Assembly: GCA_963702845.1 (NCBI GenBank)
Contig: OY969763.1
Span: 544,001 to 608,000 of the forward strand
Direction of reading: 5' to 3'
DNA length: 64,000 bases
Source: an uncultured Verrucomicrobiae bacterium
GTDB taxonomy: Bacteria; Verrucomicrobiota; Verrucomicrobiia; Limisphaerales; Palsa-1400
Shown in pieces: positions 33,176 to 43,162 of the stretch. The position numbers and the translations under genes are program-made. The stretch's first letter is position 1, and each line of letters starts with the position of its first letter. Below the pieces are notes generated by a model. The model searched no databases. It had not been told where the DNA came from and saw only the letters and a program-made list of their open reading frames with translations.

Positions 33176-33253
33176 CGGAGCGTAGCTCAGCCTGGCTAGA
33201 GCACTTGGTTTGGGACCAAGACGTCGCAGGTTCGAATCCTGTCGCTCCGACCA
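33176..33253 (+). tRNA. tRNA-Pro (TGG)
   Basis: Cloverleaf CGGAGCG..CGCTCCG-ACCA; anticodon arm CTTGG-TTTGGGA-CCAAG; GGTTCGAATCC. Confidence 0.97.
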
Positions 33254-33267
33254 TTTTCCTTTTGCAG

Positions 33268-33293
33268 TGCGGACGTCCTGTCCGCATTTTCTT
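33268..33293 (+). terminator. Terminator after tRNA-Pro
   Basis: TGCGGAC-N5-GTCCGCA followed by TTTTCTT. Confidence 0.65.
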
Positions 33294-33296
33294 CGG

Positions 33297-34119
33297 ATGA
33301 AACTCGGCATCATCAACAGCGCCTTTCATCAAGCGGGCGTCGACACCGCCACTGGACTGAAGCACATCGCCCGCATCGGTTTCGATTGCGTCGACGTTTT
33401 CACAGAAACCGTTGGCATTTCGAAATCGGAAGTAAAACTCGTCGCCGCCACTTGCGCAAAAGCCAATCTGCCGATCGTTTCCTTACCGGTTGTCGCAGTG
33501 GGTCTTATCGACATGAGCGAGCCAGTTCGCGAGTTTCATCTCGAACGTTGTAAGCGTTACGTCGACCTCGCGCGCGCGTGGGACGCGAAGAATATCCTGC
33601 TCGTGCTCGGCGAATACATTTGGCAGCGCGAAGTCATTCCTCCGCAAGTGCAATGGGATTGGGCGCTCGAGATGTGCCGCAAACTCGGTGATTACGCGGA
33701 CAAAAAGAACGTCGATATTGCTCTTGAATTGGAGCCTTTCCGGTTGAGCCTTCTCAACAGCGTTCCGTCGATGCGCAAGTTCGTCGACGAATGCAAACAC
33801 CCCCGTGTGCGCGCCAACATCGATATCAGCCACCTCGTTTTATCCGACACTAGCCCGGCCGACCTCAAGCAACTCAAGGGCAAAGCCATTCACGTTCACA
33901 TTAGCGATTGCGACGGCAAAGTTCATGGCGATCTTCCGCCGGGACGTGGGGTCGTGAAGTTCGAGCCATACCTGCAAGCGATCAAGGAACTGAAAATCGA
34001 TGGTGTTGTCTCAATCGAACTGGAATTCGCGCCCGATCCTCAAGAAGATTGTCGAGTGGGTAGAAGAAGCGTATCGCGAAACGGCAAAGCTGATGGACTT
34101 GGTTGACTTGCGAGGTTAA
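33297..34119 (+). CDS. Sugar phosphate isomerase/epimerase (AP endonuclease 2 TIM barrel); frameshift near C-terminus
   Basis: ALELEP, NIDISH, HVHISD, PG.G, SIELE; the tail KKIVEWVEEAY..LRG* is in another frame. Confidence 0.87.
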
Positions 34120-35846
34120 CGCGCGAGCCATTTGGCGAATTTATCCAAGTCCGTCATGTCGATTCGGCTCAACGCACCGTGTGGACAAGCCCGCTGGCAA
34201 GCAGGCCCGCCTATTTGTTCCACGCACAAATCACACTTCGTTGCTTTGACGATCGGTTTCGATTCGTTGTCCATCATCAGCACGCCGGCCTTATCGCGCA
34301 CTTCGACCATGCGAATCGCTTCGTAAGGACAATTATTGGCGCACGTGTTGCACCCGATGCACGTGCTTTGATTGATGACGACCTGGCCGCCAAAGTTGTC
34401 GCGGTGGATGGCTCCCGTTGGACAGCCAATCATGCAAACCGGATCCGCGCAGTGCATGCACGCGTTCGCCACCATGATGTTTCCGTTGACCGGACCGTGC
34501 CGCAGGAAGCGCGGATTGTTATCGTGCGCACTCGCGCAGGCGCGCACGCAATCGTCACACCGCGTGCAACGATCCAGATTAATCATCATGGTCGCGCGCC
34601 CGTTGAAGAAGCGATTCTCCGTCAGGAACTCCATCACGTCTGGACCGATTTTTGCGCCTGCATCCAATTCATCGGCGCTGACGCGATCGTGTGATTCCTC
34701 TTCAACTTGTTTGATGGGCGCAGGAAGATCGCGCTCTGGAACCGTCGGCAAAACGATCTGTTCCATCACCGCAGTGGGAATCAGCAGCACGTGCGTGTAA
34801 CCGATGACGCGCAAGCTGTGTTGCAGCATCACTGGATCCGATTTCGATCGCCAATTATGCGCAATTTCGCGCAGCCCATAGCATTGGCCGTTGCCGAGAT
34901 AATTCAAGGTGCGATGCCCATGCCCAAACTTCTGGCTCAGTCGCGCGAATCCAGCGCGAATCAGGATAACGCCGTTAGGGTAATGACCTTCCTCAGCAAT
35001 CGCCGGCTCTTCGCGTTTGCCAGCGAGCCCGGCTTGCGCGAGGCGCTTGTAATCACCCGACCAATCATAATCGCCGTAAGTCCCGAACTGCGTTTGAGCC
35101 ATCACCTTGTCCAACTGTTCGCTGGTCAGGTTTTGGAAAATTGGAATCTCGCGTAAGTGTGCCGCCAGCGCGCGTTCGCGATAGATGCGGTCGATGTGCT
35201 GTCGCAAATTGTCATCATAACGCATTAAGTCGCGCAGCCCTTGCCAACGAATCTCAAGCAACTCCGTCCCCGCAGACTGCGCAAATACTGTCGCCGTTCG
35301 CGGCATGCGGCTTAACGCGGCAATTTCGCCAAAAAATTCACCAGGTTCAATCGTCGCGGTGCGATGCTCATCCAACACGCGGGGCACGTCCTGCAAAAAG
35401 ACGCGTACTTCATCCCGATCCTGTCGCGAGCGCACGCGACTGTCCTGCTTCAGTTCGGAAATGTCGCGCGTCTCCGGTTCGCTCGGATTGGTCCAAAGCT
35501 GTGCAATGATGCGCAACAGACCTTTGCGTTTCGGCGTGCGCCGGCCGAGCGTGGATTCCGGCAATTCCGGCGTGATCACCACTTGCGCCGCACCACTCAA
35601 AATCATGAAGGCCGACGTGCCATAATCGCCCGCGCGCACGATAATTTCACCCTCCTCATAACGACGGATGCGCGTGTCATTGCGCAAAATGTCGCGCAAC
35701 GAAACTCGTTTTGGAAACCGCTCCGAATTCATGTCTTTGAACGGAGCGAGCGAGAGCAGGCGTTCGACCTGCGCCTCCGTCATGTCGGGGTCAAACGAAG
35801 CGTCCCAGCGTTGTGGACGTTGAAATGTCGTGACGGGTTCCGGCAT
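34116..35846 (-). CDS. Cyclic-nucleotide-binding domain protein with C-terminal 4x[4Fe-4S] ferredoxin
   Basis: FFGEIAAL..PRTATV; second cNMP-like domain; CTRCDDCVRAC, CMHC..C..CP, CIGCNTCANNCP, CDLC..C..CP. Confidence 0.88.
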   Translation of the reverse strand: MPEPVTTFQRPQRWDASFDPDMTEAQVERLLSLAPFKDMNSERFPKRVSLRDILRNDTRIRRYEEGEIIVRAGDYGTSAFMILSGAAQVVITPELPESTLGRRTPKRKGLLRIIAQLWTNPSEPETRDISELKQDSRVRSRQDRDEVRVFLQDVPRVLDEHRTATIEPGEFFGEIAALSRMPRTATVFAQSAGTELLEIRWQGLRDLMRYDDNLRQHIDRIYRERALAAHLREIPIFQNLTSEQLDKVMAQTQFGTYGDYDWSGDYKRLAQAGLAGKREEPAIAEEGHYPNGVILIRAGFARLSQKFGHGHRTLNYLGNGQCYGLREIAHNWRSKSDPVMLQHSLRVIGYTHVLLIPTAVMEQIVLPTVPERDLPAPIKQVEEESHDRVSADELDAGAKIGPDVMEFLTENRFFNGRATMMINLDRCTRCDDCVRACASAHDNNPRFLRHGPVNGNIMVANACMHCADPVCMIGCPTGAIHRDNFGGQVVINQSTCIGCNTCANNCPYEAIRMVEVRDKAGVLMMDNESKPIVKATKCDLCVEQIGGPACQRACPHGALSRIDMTDLDKFAKWLAR

Positions 35847-35957
35847 ATGAGGCTCGCCTTATTAGAGTGAAGAAACGGCTAAACCTCAAGCAGCAACGCC
35901 ATTACCTTGCGCGATAAAGTGCAGCTAAACGACTGACTACGGACTACTAACCATTGA

Positions 35958-36395
35958 CTAAATCCCGATATCCTCATTCCAAAGCTGCGGACTCTTTGCA
36001 ATAAAATCACGCATCATCTGGATGCATTCCTCATCCTGCAGCACTTGGACTTCCACGCCGTTTTTACGAAGATGCTCTTCCGCACCCATAAAAGTTTTGT
36101 TTTCGCCGACGATCACTTTTGGAATCCCGTAAAGGAGAATGGCTCCCGTGCACATAGGGCAGGGGGACAGCGTCGTGTAAATCGTGCAATCCTTGTAAAC
36201 CGCGCCTTTTTGTCGACCGGCATTCTCCAAGGCGTTCATCTCGCCGTGATGTATCACCGACCCATGCTGCACGCGTTGGTTGTGTCCGCGACCGATGATC
36301 TTTCCGTCGTGAACTAGAACCGACCCGATCGGAATACCGCCGCTGGCCAAACCTTTTTTCGCTTCATCAATCGCCGCTCTAAGAAATGGATCCAT
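35958..36395 (-). CDS. Nucleoside/cytosine deaminase (FCY1-like)
   Basis: HGE, SPCPMC, WNEDIG C-terminus. Confidence 0.92.
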   Translation of the reverse strand: MDPFLRAAIDEAKKGLASGGIPIGSVLVHDGKIIGRGHNQRVQHGSVIHHGEMNALENAGRQKGAVYKDCTIYTTLSPCPMCTGAILLYGIPKVIVGENKTFMGAEEHLRKNGVEVQVLQDEECIQMMRDFIAKSPQLWNEDIGI

Positions 36396-36432
36396 GAACA
36401 AAGTATTGAACGTTCATGGGAGAGTATCAAAT

Positions 36433-36846
36433 TCAAACCAAGGGCTTCGACGCCGGAAGAATCCAAGCCGAGTGGTGGGCGTTGAATCCAATTCGCGGAT
36501 AATAGCGTTCAGCATCTGGCGCGGACAACAGGATATTCTTGGCGTTCCGCCCGAGTTTAGACTGCGTCAGGCGAATCAATTCCCGTCCGATTCCCTTGTG
36601 CTGATATGCTTCGTCTACAGCTAAATCCGACAAGTAACAACAAAACTCGAAATCAGTCAGCGACCGCGCGACGCCAACGAGTTTGTCGTCCGCCCAGGCT
36701 GTGCACAACAGTTTAGCATGATCGAGCATCGCTTTGATGGCCGCTGGATCATTCACCGGCCGGCGCTCGGCCAGCGTCGAACGTTTCAACAAATCGACAA
36801 ATTCGGCTTCGTTGATCTTGTGGTTGTCTTCATATCGAATCTTCAT
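36433..36846 (-). CDS. GNAT family N-acetyltransferase
   Basis: YLSDLAVD..YQHKGIG; YYPRIGF. Confidence 0.9.
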   Translation of the reverse strand: MKIRYEDNHKINEAEFVDLLKRSTLAERRPVNDPAAIKAMLDHAKLLCTAWADDKLVGVARSLTDFEFCCYLSDLAVDEAYQHKGIGRELIRLTQSKLGRNAKNILLSAPDAERYYPRIGFNAHHSAWILPASKPLV

Positions 36847-37205
36847 GGTTCATTCGCTATTGCACTTCTTTCACCGCCCTCTGGACCGTAAAACGCAACC
36901 CACACGGCGAAATCAGACGAAAAGGATTCAAACCGGTGCACGCGTCCTGCCGGGACAAATAGGAATGATCCGGCCGCCAAATCGTGATGGCGGGAACCGT
37001 CAAAAAATTTACCGGTTCCTCGAACGACAAAATAAATCTCGTCACGAGTGTGCGGTTTTTGCGGATCATGACCAACCGGGGTGTAGAGTTCGATCGCTAG
37101 CGTGCCGTGTAAAAAAATGGGAACGGCAAGGTTCCCGGCAGGCGGTGGACCTTTCGCCAAAGCTTCAGCAAAACTAACATGGGCGATCTGGGCTTCTGCG
37201 TTCAT
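36843..37205 (-). CDS. Cupin domain protein
   Basis: QKPHTRDEIY.V..G.G; FVPAG..HRFE. Confidence 0.9.
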   Translation of the reverse strand: MNAEAQIAHVSFAEALAKGPPPAGNLAVPIFLHGTLAIELYTPVGHDPQKPHTRDEIYFVVRGTGKFFDGSRHHDLAAGSFLFVPAGRVHRFESFSSDFAVWVAFYGPEGGERSAIANEP

Positions 37206-37209
37206 ATGA

Positions 37210-37755
37210 TCAAGTTTTTCGGGAGAAATCTTCCGCGATCAACGCCCATCGTTCATGGTCGCGCCATTGCCCGCAAACTTTTAGAAGACGCCGTGACAGA
37301 CCTTCGCGAACAAAGCCGCATTTTTTTACAAGCGCAATGGAACGTCGATTCTTAGGTTCAATATTTGCCTCAAGGCGGTGAAGTTTCAATTTAGTGAAAA
37401 CGTGACGGACAACCTGTTTCAACCCTTCGAACATGAGACCCTGTCCAGCGTAGGGATGAAAGGCGTAATAACCGAGAGAAGCACTTTGAAACGCGCCGCG
37501 AATGATATCGTTGATATTGATGACGCCGACGATGCTGCCTGAATTTTGCTCAATGACGAGGAACCCGCAGTGATGGCCGTCTTTGAAACGTTCCAGGTAA
37601 GCGGAAAATTCTTTTGCTGTTGTTGCTTTCCGATTGATCCACGTCCGATGAAGATCTCGACTTCGTTTCACTGCCGAAATAAAAGCCGCCGCGTCCTCAG
37701 GTTTAGGAGGCCGGATCAATATTGGTGTTACTTTAGAGCAAGTTTTTGCAGTCAT
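37210..37755 (-). CDS. RimJ/RimL-like GNAT acetyltransferase
   Basis: IIRGAFQSASLGY, LHRLEANI.P.N..S, WRDHERWA. Confidence 0.9.
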   Translation of the reverse strand: MTAKTCSKVTPILIRPPKPEDAAAFISAVKRSRDLHRTWINRKATTAKEFSAYLERFKDGHHCGFLVIEQNSGSIVGVININDIIRGAFQSASLGYYAFHPYAGQGLMFEGLKQVVRHVFTKLKLHRLEANIEPKNRRSIALVKKCGFVREGLSRRLLKVCGQWRDHERWALIAEDFSRKT

Positions 37756-37758
37756 TGT

Positions 37759-38535
37759 TTAATCGCCACTCCATTTGTAATCGTAACCCGCCGGCGGGTC
37801 GTAAAAGGCGGTTGCCATGAATTCATTGGTGTACGAATACATTCTTGTATACCGCACGTGACCATCCGCAAAGCTGACCATGTTTTTTGAATTGTTCACG
37901 CCAGAGAACCCCAACGGTATTCGTTGTGATTCGTGCCAGGAAAACGGATATAGAGCCGCGTTTTCAGCGACCAACACCGTTCTCGCCGGGTCGTGGATTG
38001 CAGCCAGTTTCCAGCCGAATAGACCGGGGGAATTTGTCTGGCCCGATAAAAAAGGCGGCGTGTTAACCGTTCCGCCAAGTCCATTGAAGCCGTAACTGGA
38101 ATAGTCGGAAATATACTGTTCGTGCCAACCTGCCGCGACGAATGTCCAATTGTTGTAAAAATACGTATCGGCTGGGCACGCAAACACCCGGTCGCGTTCC
38201 GACGAGAGCCCTCGCAGGCCCAGGTAGGATTTCACCAATGCTTTGTAAACGACTTGAAAAGAGTTGGTCATCATACCATCGGCATTGGTATCGGGAATCG
38301 ATGGCAGCTCGTCGTGATTGTCTGCCGCATACAAATGCACTGCAAAATTGATCTGTCGCAGATTGTTCAGACAGTTTGCCTGGCACGCTTTTTCTTTGGC
38401 GCGGCTGAGCGTCGGAAGCGGTAAGGCAGCGAGAAAGGCAATGATCGAGATAACAACCAGAAGTTCAATCAATGTGAAGCCTTCCTTCGCGTTGCTGTCA
38501 CGCCACTGTCCTTGCCTCTGGAATCCTTTAAACAT
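37759..38535 (-). CDS. Prepilin-type N-terminal cleavage/methylation protein (DUF1559-like)
   Basis: GFTLIELLVVI, CLNNLRQI, FACP.D, FADGHV. Confidence 0.88.
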   Translation of the reverse strand: MFKGFQRQGQWRDSNAKEGFTLIELLVVISIIAFLAALPLPTLSRAKEKACQANCLNNLRQINFAVHLYAADNHDELPSIPDTNADGMMTNSFQVVYKALVKSYLGLRGLSSERDRVFACPADTYFYNNWTFVAAGWHEQYISDYSSYGFNGLGGTVNTPPFLSGQTNSPGLFGWKLAAIHDPARTVLVAENAALYPFSWHESQRIPLGFSGVNNSKNMVSFADGHVRYTRMYSYTNEFMATAFYDPPAGYDYKWSGD

Positions 38536-38814
38536 TTTGACTCTATCAAATAGACGTTCTCACACCTCATTATTGTCTAACCAGATTGGCTCGTTAAACC
38601 TCTTACGTCTGCGAAGCCTCAACGCGGATGACAATTAGGTGCTTCACTAATATAATATGCCGCTAGGAAACAGTCGAATCGAAAACCAACGTTCGCCGCC
38701 AGGTCCGTCCCAGTCACGGCCAAGGGTGATTGACGAGTAGGGTTTTCTCTTTCTCTGTCGACATCATCGGCTTGGTGGTTCAGTTTGCGTCGATTGGCTG
38801 CTCGGCACATAACT

Positions 38815-39024
38815 ATGAAATATATTGCGATGGTTGGATTGATGGCGGCTCCGCTTGTTGGCTGCGGTCAGAAAGGCGGGAATACGGAACAGGAGCGCCG
38901 TCAGATTGAGGACCAACGCCGTCAAGTCGAAGATCAGCATCGTCGAGTTGAGGATGAGCGCAGGCGTGCTGTGGATTCCGCTTCTGAGGCAACCGGGACA
39001 AATAGCGGAGCAGGAAAACCATGA
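38815..39024 (+). CDS. Small coiled-coil lipoprotein
   Basis: Lipobox LVGC followed by heptad repeats RRQIEDQ/RRQVEDQ/RRVEDE. Confidence 0.6.
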   Translation: MKYIAMVGLMAAPLVGCGQKGGNTEQERRQIEDQRRQVEDQHRRVEDERRRAVDSASEATGTNSGAGKP

Positions 39025-39102
39025 AAAGGTGCTGGCCTCGTACGGCGCTGGAGCCAATGCGCCGAGCGCCTGACTGTTGTAATCAGAGGGAATCTTACGC
39101 AC

Positions 39103-39437
39103 ATGACGAAGAATATCTCAATTGATGCGAACGGAATTACAGACTGGGATTCATTCCACGACGTGTTCGCTAAAAATTTTGGATTTCCTGACTTCTACGG
39201 CCGCAATATGAACGCTTGGAATGATTGCATGACCTACCTGGATGACTCGGAGGCGAATCTGACGTCTGTGCAGGTTGCTCCGGGGGATGTTGTTGTGCTT
39301 GTATTTCCGCAGTTGGCGATTTCAGGAAGAGGTGTCCCGAGATCTACGACGCGCTCGTCGAGTGCTCATCCTTCGTCAATTACCGACGGATTGAGAGCGG
39401 GGATCCAGCGATTCTTGCACTGTCGTTTAATGCATGA
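39103..39437 (+). CDS. Barstar-family protein; frameshift near 39300
   Basis: ITDWDSFHDVF...FGFPDFYGRNMNAW.DC; continuation FRKRCPEIYDALVECSSFVNYRR in another frame. Confidence 0.82.
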
Positions 39438-39449
39438 CAATGTCGGCAG

Positions 39450-40007
39450 ATGCGATACGTGCTCCTACTCTTGTTGTGCAACCTCTTGTTCGGATGTGGG
39501 CGGGATGCTTCTGTTGCGCCGCTGGGGCAGCTTTCGCGCGCTATGGGCGAATTAGCGGCAGCCAAGAATCCGGAGGAGAGGTTTTATGCTCTGGGCCACG
39601 CGGCGAAGGAAAGTTTTGTCGCGGGCAAAACTGAGGATGCGAAGAAGTATGCCGAGGAGTTGTTGACGGTGCTTCCGAAGTTTCAGGGAAATTGGAATTA
39701 TGGGAATGCTGTGCAGGACGCCAATCTCGTTCTTGGGTGTATCGCGGTTCGCGAGGGGCGCATTGACGATGCAAAGAAATATTTGGCTGAGTCTGGCAAG
39801 AGTCCGGGTTCGCCGCAGATGGATAGTTTTGGGCCGAATATGACTTTGGCGAAGGACCTACTTGAGAAGGGAGAGCGACAGGTTGTTTTGGAGTATTTTG
39901 AGGCGTGTCGAAAATTTTGGAAGATGCACGAGAATCGGTTAGATGAATGGAGTCAGCAGGTCAAAGACGGGAAGGTTCCGGACTTTGGCGGGAATCTGCT
40001 CTACTGA
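39450..40007 (+). CDS. TPR-like lipoprotein
   Basis: Lipobox LFGC; helical repeats; SPQMDSFGPNMTLA. Confidence 0.75.
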   Translation: MRYVLLLLLCNLLFGCGRDASVAPLGQLSRAMGELAAAKNPEERFYALGHAAKESFVAGKTEDAKKYAEELLTVLPKFQGNWNYGNAVQDANLVLGCIAVREGRIDDAKKYLAESGKSPGSPQMDSFGPNMTLAKDLLEKGERQVVLEYFEACRKFWKMHENRLDEWSQQVKDGKVPDFGGNLLY

Positions 40008-40023
40008 TAAGCGTTATTCGCTG

Positions 40024-41691
40024 TCAGTGGTCCAGTTTGGTGATTGTTCCTGTTTGAGCATTGAGCATGAGGCTAGAGCCGTCTTCGAAATAGGTGCGAT
40101 ATATTTTATCGGGCTTTCCGTCGCGTAGAAGTTCGGGACTGGCCGCGGCGACGCGTAGGAGGAATGCGTCGAGCGGTTCGTTGTTTGGGTCGGTCAATTT
40201 CAGGCGGGTGGCCCAGGCTTTACCGTCAATCGCGCGCGGATGTACCCGGGCAAGAAGTTTGCCGCCGTGCTCAACCCAGGACGCGATTGTTTCGAGTGTT
40301 GCATTGTCTGTTGTTGGGCCGTCCAGCCAGACCAGTGCTTTGTAGCGGTTGAGAAAGCCTTTTCCGATAAGCGATTCGTCGAGGAAATCGTAATCGGAAT
40401 AATCACGGAATTTGGCGGCATCACCGTATTGTCTTCCCCATTGTCCGAGCGCCTGAGCCGTTTTGGAAAGCATGACGGCAACCCGGACATCTGGTTTTCG
40501 CTTCACCAGCAATTGACGATAGCTGGCATAGACCGCGCCGCGTGCGCCGCCCGGTGGGCAGTCGTATGCGAATAATTCATCGGCGCCTGAGGAGACGGCG
40601 TTGTAGATACGTACGACGATTCCTTTTTCTGTAACGTCGCCGGCTGGTTCGTATCCAAAGTAGGTGCCGAGATTGCGGCACGATGAACCGATCCAGCGGG
40701 TCATGATGAAGTTTTGTTCGTAATCGCTGCCTTCATTGGTGATGCGCATGCCCGCGCCGTATTTCGCGGCCGTGATGGCCTGTTCGGAAAAATCCGACCC
40801 TTGCCGCAGGCTCATGTCGCCGCCCGTGCAGAGAACAATCTGCACATCCGGTAAATGTTTCTTGCAGGCTTTCAACCACACCTCGGCATAGCGCGTCATG
40901 CTGCCGCGATACCAACCGATCATGTCGAGCCTGGACTGGTTGGATTGAGTCTTGGTGGGAATGAAGGGTTTGATTTCGTCAAAAGAAACGACGTGCGTTT
41001 TCCATGCGATGTTGAGCGCCGCGACGGTTTGGTATTTCTCGCGCATGTCACGGCGAAAATCAGCGATGGCGGAGTCGTCGCCGCACCAATATCCGGCGTG
41101 GGTATGATAATTCCCATCGGGCTCCGGGCAGCGGGTGTAGGTCCATTCGTTACCGCTCACAGGAAAAATGGATTCGCCGAAATCGCCGGAGATTCCGAGC
41201 AATAACGTTTGCATCTGTTTATGATCGAAATGGCCGGCAAACGCGGCGACGAGGCGTTCGATTTGCGCTGGCAGGTTTGGGTTCCAAATTGATTGCGTGC
41301 GGGTCGGTTGATTGTGTTCGAGGCAGACTGCGAATTTTGATTCGGTGCTTTCCTTGAACCAGCGCGGCGTGGCGTAGGCGGGACCGGCAATGAGAAACGG
41401 CACCCACTTCATTCCCTTTGCACTCAGCGCGGCGACCTGCATGTCGTAGAGGGAGAAATCCCACGTGCCGCGTTGGTGCTCGAGCATCGACCATTTCACG
41501 TAAGGCTCGAATGCGGTCACGCGCGCGGCCATTGCACCAGCCGCGATTGCTTGCATTTGTTGCTGCGCCTCTTTTTGCGGGACAACCTGCATAGCGACAT
41601 CGTTGCCGATCGTAAAATGCATCGCGCTATCCACGGCGGATGCAGCGTCGCAAAACAAGAAGATCATTGCGACAGTGAGTGCTTTGATCAT
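40024..41691 (-). CDS. Secreted glycoside hydrolase, GH14/GH42-like TIM barrel
   Basis: YVKW..LE...G.WDFS.YD, TP.WF, SIWNP, LGISGDFGE. Confidence 0.7.
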   Translation of the reverse strand: MIKALTVAMIFLFCDAASAVDSAMHFTIGNDVAMQVVPQKEAQQQMQAIAAGAMAARVTAFEPYVKWSMLEHQRGTWDFSLYDMQVAALSAKGMKWVPFLIAGPAYATPRWFKESTESKFAVCLEHNQPTRTQSIWNPNLPAQIERLVAAFAGHFDHKQMQTLLLGISGDFGESIFPVSGNEWTYTRCPEPDGNYHTHAGYWCGDDSAIADFRRDMREKYQTVAALNIAWKTHVVSFDEIKPFIPTKTQSNQSRLDMIGWYRGSMTRYAEVWLKACKKHLPDVQIVLCTGGDMSLRQGSDFSEQAITAAKYGAGMRITNEGSDYEQNFIMTRWIGSSCRNLGTYFGYEPAGDVTEKGIVVRIYNAVSSGADELFAYDCPPGGARGAVYASYRQLLVKRKPDVRVAVMLSKTAQALGQWGRQYGDAAKFRDYSDYDFLDESLIGKGFLNRYKALVWLDGPTTDNATLETIASWVEHGGKLLARVHPRAIDGKAWATRLKLTDPNNEPLDAFLLRVAAASPELLRDGKPDKIYRTYFEDGSSLMLNAQTGTITKLDH

Positions 41692-41762
41692 CGAAACAGT
41701 GTCCGCAATGGATCCCGCGGAGAAAAGGCCTTTTATTGTCGGGGCTGTTGTCGTATTGGGAA

Positions 41763-43151
41763 ATGATGCTTTTCCGACTGTTCCTTATTGTTTTTCTGGC
41801 GCATCGGCTTTGTGCCGAATCGGTCCCTGCTCAAGCTGGTTGGGCTGAAATTAATATCACTCCGCCGCTGGGAGTGGAGATGGGTGGGCGCGGGCCGACG
41901 GAAACGGTTGGGAAGAGGGTGCTCGATCCGTTGATGTCGCAGGTGCTGTTTTTGAAAGACGGCAAAGGGCAGGGGTTCGCGCTCGTTTCGTTTGATCTCG
42001 TCGGAATGCCGCATGAGTTGAGCGATCGCATTCGCACGATGCTTGTTCATGAGCTTGGGGTGGATTGGAATCTGACGGTGTTAAACACATCGCACACGCA
42101 CAGTGGGCCGCAAATGAATTTGGGAGTGATGGCGATTCTGAATCCGATTCCACAGAACCAACTGGATTATCAGAACACAGTTTTCGAAAAGGTTTTGCAG
42201 GCGACGCGGACCGCCGCCAAATCGATGCATCCGGTCAAGGCGGAGGTGTTCGAAGGGAAGTCGGAGATCGCGATCAATCGGCGTGGTCATGACAAGAGCG
42301 GCGCGCCTTCGATGCGGCCGAATGCGGACGGGCCGATTGCGGATAAGCTTTGGGTTTTGAAATTGACGCCGCTGGACGGGACGGCCCCGGCGGTGATTTT
42401 TTCGTATGCGTGTCATCCAGTGATTGTTTACTCGTATGCGGGCAACGCGATTTCGGCGGACTTCCCGGGACAGGCGCGCGAGGCGTTGCGCAAAGAGCTC
42501 GGCGAAAAAACGCATCTGCAATTTGTGCAAGGACTGGCCGGTGACGTTCGTCCGCGTGCGTTAGCCAATCTGGAAAAGAACAGTTTTCGCGCGGCGAAAC
42601 CGGATGACGCACCGAATGTGGGTATGCAGTTGGCGAAAGACGTTTTGGCGAGTTTGCAATCGACGCCGAAAGTTTTGAATTTGAATCTCGCCGCGGATCT
42701 GGAGCGGCCGTTTTTGCCGCGCGATAATCCGCCGCCGCGCGCGCAATACGAGAAGCTTCTTGCTGACGGCAAAGGTGAGCGCCAACGCAATATCGCGAAA
42801 TATTGGCTGCAACGTTACGACAGCGGCGTCGGTTTTTCGAAAGGTGACGCGTGGCCGACTGGTTTGATTCGGTTGGCGGATAATCAGTGGGTTTGTTATT
42901 TCGCCGGAGAACCGTGCGTGGAGTGGGGACCGAAGGTGTCGCAGTGGCTAGCGCCGCGAGATATTGTGTTTTGGGGCTACAGCCAGGAAACGATTACCTA
43001 CCTGCCAACGGCTGAGATGTTGCCGGCTGGTGGCTATGAAGTGTTGGAATGCAATCGTGCGCGCGGGAGTTCGCCTGCGCAATTCGCGCCGGGAATCGAT
43101 GAGTCGATGCACCGGAGTTTGTTGCGACAATTGCGCGCGATTGGGGAGTAA
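41763..43151 (+). CDS. Neutral/alkaline ceramidase N-terminal domain protein
   Basis: G....NITPP.G..MGG, DPL, SHTHSGP, YACHP, ISADFPG. Confidence 0.82.
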   Translation: MMLFRLFLIVFLAHRLCAESVPAQAGWAEINITPPLGVEMGGRGPTETVGKRVLDPLMSQVLFLKDGKGQGFALVSFDLVGMPHELSDRIRTMLVHELGVDWNLTVLNTSHTHSGPQMNLGVMAILNPIPQNQLDYQNTVFEKVLQATRTAAKSMHPVKAEVFEGKSEIAINRRGHDKSGAPSMRPNADGPIADKLWVLKLTPLDGTAPAVIFSYACHPVIVYSYAGNAISADFPGQAREALRKELGEKTHLQFVQGLAGDVRPRALANLEKNSFRAAKPDDAPNVGMQLAKDVLASLQSTPKVLNLNLAADLERPFLPRDNPPPRAQYEKLLADGKGERQRNIAKYWLQRYDSGVGFSKGDAWPTGLIRLADNQWVCYFAGEPCVEWGPKVSQWLAPRDIVFWGYSQETITYLPTAEMLPAGGYEVLECNRARGSSPAQFAPGIDESMHRSLLRQLRAIGE

Positions 43152-43162
43152 GGGTAATCTTC

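Noticed and set aside
33176..40007. tRNA-Pro-anchored genomic island
   Set aside because: No integrase and no duplicated tRNA 3' end found by eye
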